IMG/VR virus record: IMGVR_UViG_3300042940_002333
Source of the DNA: an uncultured virus (IMG/VR IMGVR_UViG_3300042940_002333)
Lineage: Duplodnaviria > Heunggongvirae > Uroviricota > Caudoviricetes
Strand: one strand, 5' to 3'
Length of the DNA stretch: 64,000 bases
The translations under genes and the position numbers were made by a program. Shown piece after piece: positions 20,010 through 28,951 of the stretch; within the stretch, counting starts at the first letter, position 1, and each line of letters begins with the position of its first letter. The notes under the pieces are model-generated. The model had not been told where the DNA came from. It did no database searches and worked only from the letters and a program-made list of their open reading frames with translations.

Positions 20010-22178
20010 ATGCCAAAATATAAAATTGACAAGAAAGAAGCAGTAGAGGGCATTATTGAGGAGAATTTATTTTCCCAGCCATTTATGGTAGAAATGTTCG
20101 GAACTGACATTGAATATGAATTGGATCACGATACCTCTCCAGATACAGACGAGGCGAGAAATCCTATTTTAAAACAACATATTTTAGTTGAGATTGAAGC
20201 CAGCAAGCAAACCATAGAATTAATTGAAGCCTCTGTTGACAACTTTGAAGCCTCAGTAAAAAACTGGCTAAAACAATATGGATTAGACTCTTACTTTGAC
20301 TCAATCTACACAAGCGAGGGTGATGTAACTATATCCATTGATGTTCCAGATCAGGACGATTCTTGGTCTCCAGAGAAATACGCAGCTAAAGGTCTTGAGG
20401 TAGACGGAAGTTATATCCCAAGAGTAATCCTTGGTGCTATTGATCGTTTAAAGAACGCGCAAGATCTGCCTGCCGGTGTAATGCAGGAAATGGTAGATAA
20501 GGTTGTGGACGAAATACGAGGCGCTGGAGAAACAAACCTTAACGAGTCGTATGTATTTGTGGATTTTCTTGAAAAACTCTCTGACGAGGTTAGAAAGAGT
20601 ATTAAAGGGGAAACTATTGACTACCTTAAATCCCACCCATCAGATAATACAGGCTTAGGGAACACTCTTTCTGTTATTGATACCACTATTATTCAATATA
20701 GCGAAGATAAAATTTATGCCGAGTATGAGCATAAAATGAAAGTGATGAAAACACTCCTTGACGCCAGGGCTAAAGCTATTAAAAAAGAAGTTCACGATGC
20801 TATTGACGCTGGCAATAAATCCCCAATCAGTTATGTGATCACCTCGGCTATCCGCCCAAAGCCGTCAAGAGCAGAGGACGGTAAAGACCTTGGGAAAACA
20901 ACTGTCTCTTTTTACAAATGGGGTGTTTACCAAGGAGAAGAAGAAATTGACGCAAAAGATCTAACCCATATGGTTCAGCTCGGGCAATACGAGTTAGAGG
21001 GATTTGATATTCGTGACGAAGATATTGACAAAACATTTTATGCCGAAGAAAGCGACATTGACGATACCAACGTAGATGAAGATGGTTATGGAGTTAAGCG
21101 TGCATACGCTATTGAAGAAGACAAAGCAAAGAATGGAGCGCCTATATCTAACGCAAAGGTTGATAAAGCATACGAAAAAGTAAATGCACTTTTCCAATCG
21201 ACCGTTGAAATGTATGGTAACCTACGCCTTAGAAGAGACGACCATTACTCAGATCTCGTTGAATTGCTTGAGAATGTTGAAATAGGTTATTATAAGGAAT
21301 CTCCAGATAGCGATTATCAGGAAGAGTTGGTAAGCAATAGTTTTACAATGACCGCAAAAGAAGCGATAGATCAGCTTAACAGTTATTACGAATACATAAT
21401 GGAGGATTTCCCGAACAAAGAGATTTTTAAAGTTACAATGTCTGGAAATACCGAAGTGAATAACTACAACAAAGTTAGCAAGCCGTATAAGCAAGATGTT
21501 TATGTAATAGCTACTACTCGATCCGAAGCTGAAAGTGAGGCTAAACAAATAATGGCCGGTACTCATCCAACTCAGAACGGAAACAAAACGATTAATTCGG
21601 TAATGATTGGAAACGAGTCTTTCGGAATAGACGGAACAAAAGCCACGGTTAGTTCGGTAAATAAATATAAGGATGGTGGTAACATCGCCGCAGACGGGAA
21701 GGGCCTGGATTCATTTTATACAGAGCGATTAGAAGATATTAAAGATAAAATGAAAGACAGACCTAACAAAAGTGTTAGCACTGGCAAGCAGGATGGCTAT
21801 CCAGAATATAAGGCTAACTTCGAGAATGCTCTGTTTAATAAATACGGCGTTATGATCGGCGATACCGATATTGAGGACAACTCAATCAAAGAGGCTTTCG
21901 ATAAAAACGAAAATGTTGATAACCTTGTTAATTACCTCGGCGAAAAGCACCAAATTACGCCAGTAGCAGCACAAGGCACGGCTGTTGAAATAAAAAGTCC
22001 AGTCAAATCAAAATCCGCTACCGCAAAAAGTTATATTTGCATTATCAAGGACAGATTCGGTAAAGAGATCGGCTCCTACGAATTAGATTACGCCGATGAT
22101 GATTATGTAAGCACTTTCCTTTCGGCAATAGGCGTAAAGCTTAAAGCAGGAGATACTAAGGAAATAGTTGAAGCGTAA
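20010..22178 (+). CDS. polyvalent protein / putative polyprotein 4 (722 aa)
   Basis: Linkers YAAKGLEV, RAEDGKDL, KAKNGAPI, YKDGGNI, IAADGKGL, VAAQGTAV; contains a paralog of the next gene. Confidence 0.8.
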   Translation: MPKYKIDKKEAVEGIIEENLFSQPFMVEMFGTDIEYELDHDTSPDTDEARNPILKQHILVEIEASKQTIELIEASVDNFEASVKNWLKQYGLDSYFDSIYTSEGDVTISIDVPDQDDSWSPEKYAAKGLEVDGSYIPRVILGAIDRLKNAQDLPAGVMQEMVDKVVDEIRGAGETNLNESYVFVDFLEKLSDEVRKSIKGETIDYLKSHPSDNTGLGNTLSVIDTTIIQYSEDKIYAEYEHKMKVMKTLLDARAKAIKKEVHDAIDAGNKSPISYVITSAIRPKPSRAEDGKDLGKTTVSFYKWGVYQGEEEIDAKDLTHMVQLGQYELEGFDIRDEDIDKTFYAEESDIDDTNVDEDGYGVKRAYAIEEDKAKNGAPISNAKVDKAYEKVNALFQSTVEMYGNLRLRRDDHYSDLVELLENVEIGYYKESPDSDYQEELVSNSFTMTAKEAIDQLNSYYEYIMEDFPNKEIFKVTMSGNTEVNNYNKVSKPYKQDVYVIATTRSEAESEAKQIMAGTHPTQNGNKTINSVMIGNESFGIDGTKATVSSVNKYKDGGNIAADGKGLDSFYTERLEDIKDKMKDRPNKSVSTGKQDGYPEYKANFENALFNKYGVMIGDTDIEDNSIKEAFDKNENVDNLVNYLGEKHQITPVAAQGTAVEIKSPVKSKSATAKSYICIIKDRFGKEIGSYELDYADDDYVSTFLSAIGVKLKAGDTKEIVEA

Positions 22179-22223
22179 TTTGATTTTATTTAACAGGTAG
22201 AACTAAAAATAAATTCAAATAAA

Positions 22224-22256
22224 TTTGGAGTTTGTCCTAATGTATATTATATTTGC
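22224..22256 (+). promoter_or_regulatory. Bacteroidota-type sigma70 promoter (-33 TTTG / -7 TATATTTG)
   Basis: TTTG at 22224, 20 nt spacer, TATATTTGC at 22248, upstream of 22286. Confidence 0.75.
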
Positions 22257-22285
22257 ACTATATTAATCTTTTAAAAAAATAACTT

Positions 22286-22738
22286 ATGGTAGGTAAAATT
22301 TTCGAAATCCTTGCAGGGATAAAAAAAACAAGTCAGATTACTAAATCAGCATCAGTTGAGTCAGTAGACAAAATCGTGGCAGAAATTATGTCAGGAAACA
22401 TTAACCCGGTAGAAGCGTATGTTATACTTGACTACTTGACAAAAGTAACGGCAGAGTCGCTTAAAAACATTAAGCCGGCAGCTCTTGATCATATTCAAAA
22501 AGAGGGCGAGAATATCGCTTTCGGGGTTCAGTTAAACCTTGCTGAAACCAAAGATTACTCTTATGAAGAAGATAAAGACTGGACAGAAACTAACCGTAAA
22601 ATGTCACAGTTCAAAAATGCTTTACAGGTTCGCGAGAAATTCCTTAAAGGACTTGTAGCCGAAGCTATCGAAGCAGATAAACCTACTCCTATCAGCTACA
22701 CAACAAGCATCAGAATTACCCCAAAACCCTTATATTAA
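22286..22738 (+). CDS. hypothetical phage protein, stand-alone paralog of a polyprotein 4 module
   Basis: GNINPVEAYVILDYL...YSYEED...PISYTTSIRITPKP aligns with GETNLNESYVFVDFL...QYSED...PISYVITSAIRPKP. Confidence 0.8.
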   Translation: MVGKIFEILAGIKKTSQITKSASVESVDKIVAEIMSGNINPVEAYVILDYLTKVTAESLKNIKPAALDHIQKEGENIAFGVQLNLAETKDYSYEEDKDWTETNRKMSQFKNALQVREKFLKGLVAEAIEADKPTPISYTTSIRITPKPLY

Positions 22739-22744
22739 TTTTAA

Positions 22745-23149
22745 ATGGCGAAGAGACCAGTAAGCAGGAAGAAAATTTCTGTTGCTGCTTCGTCGTCTAA
22801 AGTCAAGCCCAAAAAGGCTTCTAAAAAGGCGGAAAGCAGTAAAAGAATATCATATAAGCAAGAGTATGTAAAACTACTCCAGCAGACCAATAAGACGCTC
22901 ACCAAAGAAGTGAAAGCGATCCGAAAGGCTATTGAACAACCAAAGTATTCTCCAGATTACGAGGCTTTCCCTAAAGAAACGCTTGCTACTCCTAAACCAG
23001 TAAAAAAACCGACAAATGCACCAACAGGAACAATCGAGGAACAGATCCTTAATCAGCTAAATGAGATAGAATCTCAAATACGACAAAGGGATATGATATT
23101 TGATGAACTTGCGTCTGGTTCTTCTAAACTGGGAGGGATAGATGCCTAA
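22745..23149 (+). CDS. basic protein with Lys/Ser-rich N-terminus and coiled coils
   Basis: MAKRPVSRKK...KPKKASKK; predicted helical segments. Confidence 0.7.
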   Translation: MAKRPVSRKKISVAASSSKVKPKKASKKAESSKRISYKQEYVKLLQQTNKTLTKEVKAIRKAIEQPKYSPDYEAFPKETLATPKPVKKPTNAPTGTIEEQILNQLNEIESQIRQRDMIFDELASGSSKLGGIDA

Positions 23150-23753
23150 ACACAATGCACCAAAAATTAACTGGGCGCTAATCAGCACCAGAATTGCTGG
23201 TATCGTTGAAAGACTTACCGAGCAGAATTTTTGCATTGATATATCTGAAAGAATTTTAAGAGAATTACAGTCGGGCCTTATTTGGCGTAACGACTTAAAT
23301 CAGCCGGTCATATCGGCTTACTGGTCAAAAGAAGTCTTACAACACTTTAAACTTAATGATTTTAAGCCTCTAATCGAAAGAGAGGTTTATATTGAATCCA
23401 ACTTCTATTCTTACCTTAATCTAACGGAAATGAACACCAATAACATTAAGAGTGGTGGAACAACATATGTAGTGGATTTACTATTTGATACTACTGATAG
23501 GAAAACAGGAGAGGATCTCAATACTTGGATAAGCATAAATCAGGATTTCAAAGACTCCCTAAGAAATAAATGGATGGCAGATGTTTTGGCTTATTGGATT
23601 AAGGAAGACCGACTGGTTACCAGAAAAAAGAAAATGCCGAAGCTTGAGGAGTATTGGAACTATGAGGATTACATAAAGCTAACACGCGTTTGGGATCCAG
23701 AACTAAACATATTCATAGTTTTTATTACCGGCACATACGACCTTTACGCATAA
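23142..23753 (+). CDS. hypothetical protein
   Basis: 203 aa ORF overlapping the previous stop. Confidence 0.7.
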   Translation: MPKHNAPKINWALISTRIAGIVERLTEQNFCIDISERILRELQSGLIWRNDLNQPVISAYWSKEVLQHFKLNDFKPLIEREVYIESNFYSYLNLTEMNTNNIKSGGTTYVVDLLFDTTDRKTGEDLNTWISINQDFKDSLRNKWMADVLAYWIKEDRLVTRKKKMPKLEEYWNYEDYIKLTRVWDPELNIFIVFITGTYDLYA

Positions 23754-23756
23754 AAA

Positions 23757-23790
23757 GAAACGCCTCAGTTTCCCAAGGCGTCAGACAAAA
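23757..23790. terminator. hairpin between convergent operons
   Basis: ACGCCT...AGGCGT stem flanked by A-runs between the convergent stops at 23753 and 23819. Confidence 0.5.
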
Positions 23791-23818
23791 AATTCTATCT
23801 TTTGTGTGGTTACATTAA

Positions 23819-24301
23819 CTAATTTAGTGTAAGCAAATACTTTGTTCTGTTGCAAAGTTCTCTTATATCAGCTATGATATTGTGGAGATCCGTGTCTTTT
23901 ATGTCAACTATTTTCTCAAGAGCAAAAGTATGTTCATAAACATCATTGATAAGTTGCTCTGGTTTCATTAATACCGAAGTCTTTGAAGTGCTTATAATTT
24001 CTTGTCTGCCATACTTACCAAAATAAGTTTCGATAAACCTATCTGCTAATTCATCAATTTTCTCATAAAATTCTTGCAATGACTTATGCTGTGCGTAGCT
24101 TTTAGTCAATAAATGTAACCAATGTGCTTGAGTTTTATATTCTAACAATTTTGTCAGCGCTTCACCCTGACCTGTAAAAGAGCTTTCGGTACTTGGGCTT
24201 TGAACAACTATTTTAACCTTTTTCTCTTTTCTTCTAAACACAAAAAAAACTACTACTAAAGCAACAATAGCTAATATGCTAAATAAGTTTTGTCTTTTCA
24301 T
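23819..24301 (-). CDS. membrane-anchored ferritin/Dps-like (DUF5856-like) protein
   Basis: N-terminal TM, then QAHWLHLLTKSYAQHKSLQEFYE...DRFIETYFGKYGR...TKYLLTL. Confidence 0.75.
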   Translation of the reverse strand: MKRQNLFSILAIVALVVVFFVFRRKEKKVKIVVQSPSTESSFTGQGEALTKLLEYKTQAHWLHLLTKSYAQHKSLQEFYEKIDELADRFIETYFGKYGRQEIISTSKTSVLMKPEQLINDVYEHTFALEKIVDIKDTDLHNIIADIRELCNRTKYLLTLN

Positions 24302-24328
24302 AATTTTTACATTTTCTTTCGAGCTTAA

Positions 24329-24628
24329 TTATAATGAAGCGTCTTGTGGGCACACGCATCCAGACTGAGACAAAGGTTCAAATCTACACCCTGGAGGACA
24401 AGTAGGAGTTTTTGCTATTGGAGAAACTGTTCCTACATTTCTACCAGAACCAGTACCAGTTCCGATAGTACCTAATTCATTAAAGCTTGCTCCAACAGTT
24501 CTTTTTGGTTTTCTAATCGCTCTGTAATCACTTTCTGCATTTTTCTTCTTTCTCAAGAAAAAGTACCAAACCAGAATAATCGCTACGACTACTCCAATTA
24601 TCATCCAATGTTTTTTTTCTAATTTCAT
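24329..24628 (-). CDS. small membrane protein: TM + ESDY + Cys-rich tail
   Basis: KKHWMIIGVVVAIILVWYFFLRKKKNAESDY...CPPGC...GCVCP. Confidence 0.8.
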   Translation of the reverse strand: MKLEKKHWMIIGVVVAIILVWYFFLRKKKNAESDYRAIRKPKRTVGASFNELGTIGTGTGSGRNVGTVSPIAKTPTCPPGCRFEPLSQSGCVCPQDASL

Positions 24629-24701
24629 AAGTGTTTTATATATATATTGTTTTTATTATTTTAAAGTCCACCAATCTTGTTTCATTCAACTGATTTTTTT
24701 T

Positions 24702-24911
24702 TTACAATTCAAGAGATTCTGGACAACACCCCCAATGACCATTACTTAGGCAAGGGCCTCTGTAATATCCTTTAGGACATTTCCAACCACCTCTATAATT
24801 ACTTTCAGCTTTTTTAAGGAAATTAGTCTTTCTTAAAAAGAAATACCAAACTAATATAATCGCTACAATCACAACGCCAATTATCATCCATTGTTTTTTC
24901 GTTATTTTCAT
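24702..24911 (-). CDS. small membrane protein: TM + ESNY + defensin-like Cys tail
   Basis: KKQWMIIG...WYFFLRK...AESNYRGGWKCPKG...PC...GCCP. Confidence 0.8.
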   Translation of the reverse strand: MKITKKQWMIIGVVIVAIILVWYFFLRKTNFLKKAESNYRGGWKCPKGYYRGPCLSNGHWGCCPESLEL

Positions 24912-24927
24912 AATTGTTTTTTATATT

Positions 24928-25131
24928 TTACAGTCCACCAAGTCCGTCTTTACTACGAGGAACGTGGTAACTTATTTTTAACCAGCGTGGCCATTTAAAA
25001 TTACTCTCCTCTGCTCTGCTTTTATTACCTTGAGCCATTACTTTGCCCATAGTGAGAACAATCCAAACAATAAAGGCAATCATCGCAAAAGCGAAAATTA
25101 TCTCAAGCCATTGTTTTGTTTCTTGTTTCAT
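24928..25131 (-). CDS. small membrane protein with ESNF motif
   Basis: Single TM; AEESNF. Confidence 0.7.
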   Translation of the reverse strand: MKQETKQWLEIIFAFAMIAFIVWIVLTMGKVMAQGNKSRAEESNFKWPRWLKISYHVPRSKDGLGGL

Positions 25132-25132
25132 T

Positions 25133-25732
25133 TTATTTAATTAAGATTGCACGAAGAATCACATTTTGAGTTTGCGCTGTATTCGCAAGAACCGATAAAC
25201 TTGTTTTTATGATTACAGGGTTAAGAAATGTTAGAACTGGGCATTTTGCTGTTTGAGTAATAATAGCCGTATTTACGCCTGGGTTAGAATCTCTTTCTGC
25301 TTCAATAACATCAGTAATATTAACAGTAGTAGCCAACTGATTAATGTTTGATCTGATTTGAAAAACTGCTGTTTCTGGACCCAATGGATCCGACTCGTAT
25401 GTATATTCAGCATCTATCATATAAGTACCGGCATCTAAAAGTAAGTAGTTGTTTCCATAAACTGTATCTACTACGGTTAAATTAAAAGGGCCAGCAGAAA
25501 CTACCGAGTACCCTTCATTGGTTATTGCTCCACCGCCACCAGTTACAAGCTCGCGAAGAATTATATTTGTTTTTGTGTTTACCCAAATTAATGAGTTAGC
25601 TACAAAATCCCATAATAAATTACAAGGAACATTGTTATTCGCGTCTGGAACAACATTATCAAACTGATCAGCGTTTACAGCCATACTTGCGATAAACACA
25701 CAGTTGTTTGGGTTAAAAGGAACTCCGATCAT
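25133..25732 (-). CDS. putative beta-rich structural protein
   Basis: Gly linker followed by a beta-strand-rich domain (AGTYMID). Confidence 0.55.
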   Translation of the reverse strand: MIGVPFNPNNCVFIASMAVNADQFDNVVPDANNNVPCNLLWDFVANSLIWVNTKTNIILRELVTGGGGAITNEGYSVVSAGPFNLTVVDTVYGNNYLLLDAGTYMIDAEYTYESDPLGPETAVFQIRSNINQLATTVNITDVIEAERDSNPGVNTAIITQTAKCPVLTFLNPVIIKTSLSVLANTAQTQNVILRAILIK

Positions 25733-25767
25733 TTTTTAGTTTTAGTTTATTTATAAAGAGTTAATAA

Positions 25768-26064
25768 TTACAATAAGTCATCATCATCGGTATATCTTGA
25801 GTTTTTATCCCCAGTCATTTTTGAGAGAAAATTTCTTAACCTCAACAAACCGGTATTCATATCTCCGAGATCTAAACCTCTCTTTACAACTCGCCTGGCA
25901 ATGTCCAGCTCGATTTTCTTTTTTGGATGCTTCTGATTATGAAGAACCACTATATTAAATATACTGTCTTCAAGAACAGAACCAAATATTATTTTCTTTT
26001 TCCTGCCCGCTTTCTTCTTCCCGTAACCTTTAGGAAGAACTATCTTCTTTCGGGGAGAATCCAT
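25768..26064 (-). CDS. small basic protein, remotely DUF5824-like
   Basis: HNQKHP...RRVVKRG...RLRNFL...YTDDDDLL pattern. Confidence 0.6.
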   Translation of the reverse strand: MDSPRKKIVLPKGYGKKKAGRKKKIIFGSVLEDSIFNIVVLHNQKHPKKKIELDIARRVVKRGLDLGDMNTGLLRLRNFLSKMTGDKNSRYTDDDDLL

Positions 26065-26586
26065 TTAAGCTAATCCTTGACTTCTGTATAAATCCCAACT
26101 AACAATAGAATTTCCGATACAACTTTGAGCTGCGTTAGCAGTCAACGGACCAAACTTTCCGTCTGGAACAAGTTTTAAACCACATTTGTTGTTTAAAGCT
26201 ACTTGTAAGTTCTTAACGTAATTATTATTAGATCCAGTTTTTAATGGAAAACCATAAGGCGCAACCGGTGTTCCAGGAACACTTGCATTAGGAGTCCACG
26301 GGCCACCAAGACCAGGGAAACCACCTGGATATTGATTAGGTTGTTGCTGACCACTTCTTGCTGCTTGAATTTGTGCCATAAGCATAGCGATTTGATCAAC
26401 TATACCTGCCTTTGCTTGAGGAGGCATATTTGGATTTTGATTTAACTGCGCTTGTAGCATTGCAAGTTGATTGGCAGCTTCTGCGTCTTTTCTATCTTTA
26501 TTTTTTTTATAGATTAAGAAACCTACAACGCCGATGATAATTACTATAACGACGATTACTAAAATTATGATTGCTTTTCTGCTCAT
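26065..26586 (-). CDS. membrane protein with peptidoglycan-binding (PG_binding_1-like) domain
   Basis: N-terminal TM; PLKTGS...VKNLQVALN...DGKFGPLT. Confidence 0.82.
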   Translation of the reverse strand: MSRKAIIILVIVVIVIIIGVVGFLIYKKNKDRKDAEAANQLAMLQAQLNQNPNMPPQAKAGIVDQIAMLMAQIQAARSGQQQPNQYPGGFPGLGGPWTPNASVPGTPVAPYGFPLKTGSNNNYVKNLQVALNNKCGLKLVPDGKFGPLTANAAQSCIGNSIVSWDLYRSQGLA

Positions 26587-26587
26587 T

Positions 26588-27301
26588 TTATTTTCTGATT
26601 AAATTTGTATAAACGTATGCCCAAGCTGGAGCCATTCCTATCATTCCATTATTTTTAATATAATTAAGATTTAACCAAATCTTAGAGAAATCACCTTCAG
26701 ACTTTAATTCGTAAACTCCTATCGGCTTACTTAAATCAATGTTATTTGCTAAACGACCGAATGATGAATTTCCAGATGGTGTTGAGAATAAAACAAGCTT
26801 CGGCAGTTTTGCATAAACAGAATTTCCTTTCTGCATACCGGTTGGAGTCGGTGTAGGTTTAAACAAGCTAACGCATCCAAATGCTGCGTCTGGCTTCATA
26901 CCTGGAGGGCATTTAGCACCTGAAGATCCGCCCTCAAGTTTCATTTGAGTTAAAAGAGCCTCGGTTACTGAAGTTGTTTTATAACAAGAGCTTAAAGCTG
27001 ATTCTGTTTTTGGTCCGAAAGCTCCATCAGGAGTAAGTCCTGCATTACATTTTTTGTTTATTGCGTTTTGAATCTGAATAACTGAATCCCCATTCATTCC
27101 TCTTTTTATCGGGAAAGAAATTGGAGTTGTGTATGCAGACGGTGCTCCGCCTGGATAATTAATAGGAGGTAGATTGTAATCACCATCTGTTCCCTCATCT
27201 TCAGGCTTCTTGATAAATTTTTTATAAACTAACCAAGATGATATAGCGAGTAGTATTACTACTACTATAACAATAATGACAATTACGGCTTTCTTATTCA
27301 T
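26588..27301 (-). CDS. membrane protein with peptidoglycan-binding domain
   Basis: N-terminal TM; PIKRGM...VIQIQNAIN...DGAFGPKTESAL; paralog of 26065-26586. Confidence 0.82.
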   Translation of the reverse strand: MNKKAVIVIIVIVVVILLAISSWLVYKKFIKKPEDEGTDGDYNLPPINYPGGAPSAYTTPISFPIKRGMNGDSVIQIQNAINKKCNAGLTPDGAFGPKTESALSSCYKTTSVTEALLTQMKLEGGSSGAKCPPGMKPDAAFGCVSLFKPTPTPTGMQKGNSVYAKLPKLVLFSTPSGNSSFGRLANNIDLSKPIGVYELKSEGDFSKIWLNLNYIKNNGMIGMAPAWAYVYTNLIRK

Positions 27302-27373
27302 TATAAAAAATGATTTTAATTAACTGCAATTATACAAAAATGTTAGATAAAATTTTATTAAAACTTTTCATAT

Positions 27374-27418
27374 TTAGTGAACGATACTTGTTCACTAATT
27401 TTCTTTGTGCTATATTTG
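27374..27418 (+). promoter_or_regulatory. palindromic operator TTAGTGAAC-N7-GTTCACTAA overlapping a Bacteroidota-type promoter
   Basis: Perfect 9 bp inverted repeat at 27374-27398 and TATATTTG at 27411, in the divergent intergenic region. Confidence 0.7.
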
Positions 27419-27452
27419 TACTTAAAAGGCACACGAATTATTACAAACTAAA

Positions 27453-27704
27453 ATGATTAAAATGAGTGATGAACCAAAAGAGCCGTTTGAGGCACCTGCA
27501 ATTAAGACTCGGAAGAAGCGAGATAAAGTGAAGAAAGCAAGAATACATATTTATATATCTAATGACTGTATTAATCAGGTTGACGCTAAAGGCGCGGAGT
27601 TCGGCTTGGATAGATCTCCCTGCATTCAGATGCTTATAAATTTTGCATTATTGAATATGAAAACTTCAAACTTCGGGCAGTATAGCACGCAAAAGCAAAT
27701 GTAA
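27453..27704 (+). CDS. ribbon-helix-helix DNA-binding regulator
   Basis: RIHIYIS (strand)-NDCINQVDAKG (helix)-GLDRSPCIQMLINFAL (helix). Confidence 0.7.
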   Translation: MIKMSDEPKEPFEAPAIKTRKKRDKVKKARIHIYISNDCINQVDAKGAEFGLDRSPCIQMLINFALLNMKTSNFGQYSTQKQM

Positions 27705-27706
27705 TT

Positions 27707-28951
27707 ATGGCATTAAGAGTACACGCAAAAGATAGCAGATCCTTGCTTGAGTATCTTCGTCGAAATGAAAGAGATTTTCAGACTGAGAACACAAGCACCG
27801 GTTTCCCAACATTTAATGTTTCGGGAAAGGCTATTTATGTGCGCGATAAAGTTATCCACAGAGGTACTCTTAATAAAATTCTTCAATTCCATAATCAAGT
27901 ATCCAAAAGCAACGTGTATAAGTTTGTTAGCGAGTGGAAAGAGGCTGACATAATAAAGGAATCGCAAGAATTAGAGCGTTCATTAATCTATAAAGCGTTT
28001 ACTTTTAACCCTGTTACAGAAAAAAGTTTTGAAAAAGTTATTAAGATAGACTTTAATACAGCTTATTGGCAAACCTGCCGGTATTTTAAAGCAATAGATC
28101 GCGCTTTGTATAAAGATATTAACGATAATTGCACAAAAGAAACTAGGTTGAGAATAACTGGAACTCTGGGAAAGAAAAACATCCTTACTGATTATGTAAA
28201 GGGTAATAAGCAAAAGAGTTATTTCAAAGAAGAAAGTAAAAGAAGGATTGTATTCCAGAACATATATAACCGTATTCGTAAGTTTGTTGATGAACTGATG
28301 ATCTGGTGTTGTAAGCAAAACCCAAGCAACTTTTTAGGATATTATGTAGACTGCGTGTGGCTTAGAGAATATGACGCCGACCTTATCGAAGAGCTGGAAA
28401 AGATCTATAAACTGAAAATAGAAGTAGTGGATTTAGAGATTATTTCAAACGCAAGCGGTAAAATAGTTTTGTGTGAAGAAAATGAAGAAAATTCAGAGTC
28501 AAAAATATATGACGCCCAATTCAAATATAACGAATTTGTAATCTATAAAAATTTGTATAACTTTACCCCTAACTTAGGGGGTATTAACCTCAAAGTAAAA
28601 ATGACAGAAAACGAAAACAATGTAGCTGGTCAGAACGATAGTCCTGACACTCAAAATGTAAAGACAGAGCAAGTTGAAGCTCAAGTAAATCAACCGGTAG
28701 AACCGCAAGACCTGGATGTAACAGGCGAGAACAGTGTAGTCGATGAACAAGTGGAAACACGGTTTGATCCAGATGAAAAGATATTAAGCGATATGTTTGA
28801 TTCTGGAAAAACAGAAGTGACCACAAATGACTTAATTGTAGCTGGATTTGACACTTCGCGTATGGCGTCGTACACATTCCAAGTTGGTTCATTTAAGTTG
28901 TCTCGACTTCTTTTAGTTAGTCCTTATAAGATTGAAAAAACGCAACAATAA
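27707..28951 (+). CDS. minimal family-B DNA polymerase-like protein fused to an acidic linker and a small C-terminal domain
   Basis: KIDFNTAYW (motif A-like), RLRITGTLG (B-like), YYVDCVW (C-like); possible internal start at 28601. Confidence 0.55.
   Translation: MALRVHAKDSRSLLEYLRRNERDFQTENTSTGFPTFNVSGKAIYVRDKVIHRGTLNKILQFHNQVSKSNVYKFVSEWKEADIIKESQELERSLIYKAFTFNPVTEKSFEKVIKIDFNTAYWQTCRYFKAIDRALYKDINDNCTKETRLRITGTLGKKNILTDYVKGNKQKSYFKEESKRRIVFQNIYNRIRKFVDELMIWCCKQNPSNFLGYYVDCVWLREYDADLIEELEKIYKLKIEVVDLEIISNASGKIVLCEENEENSESKIYDAQFKYNEFVIYKNLYNFTPNLGGINLKVKMTENENNVAGQNDSPDTQNVKTEQVEAQVNQPVEPQDLDVTGENSVVDEQVETRFDPDEKILSDMFDSGKTEVTTNDLIVAGFDTSRMASYTFQVGSFKLSRLLLVSPYKIEKTQQ

Noticed and set aside
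27374..27398. LexA/SOS box
   Set aside because: The GAAC-N7-GTTC spacing does not match the GAAC-N4-GTTC Firmicutes/Actinobacteria box, and the host appears to be Bacteroidota.
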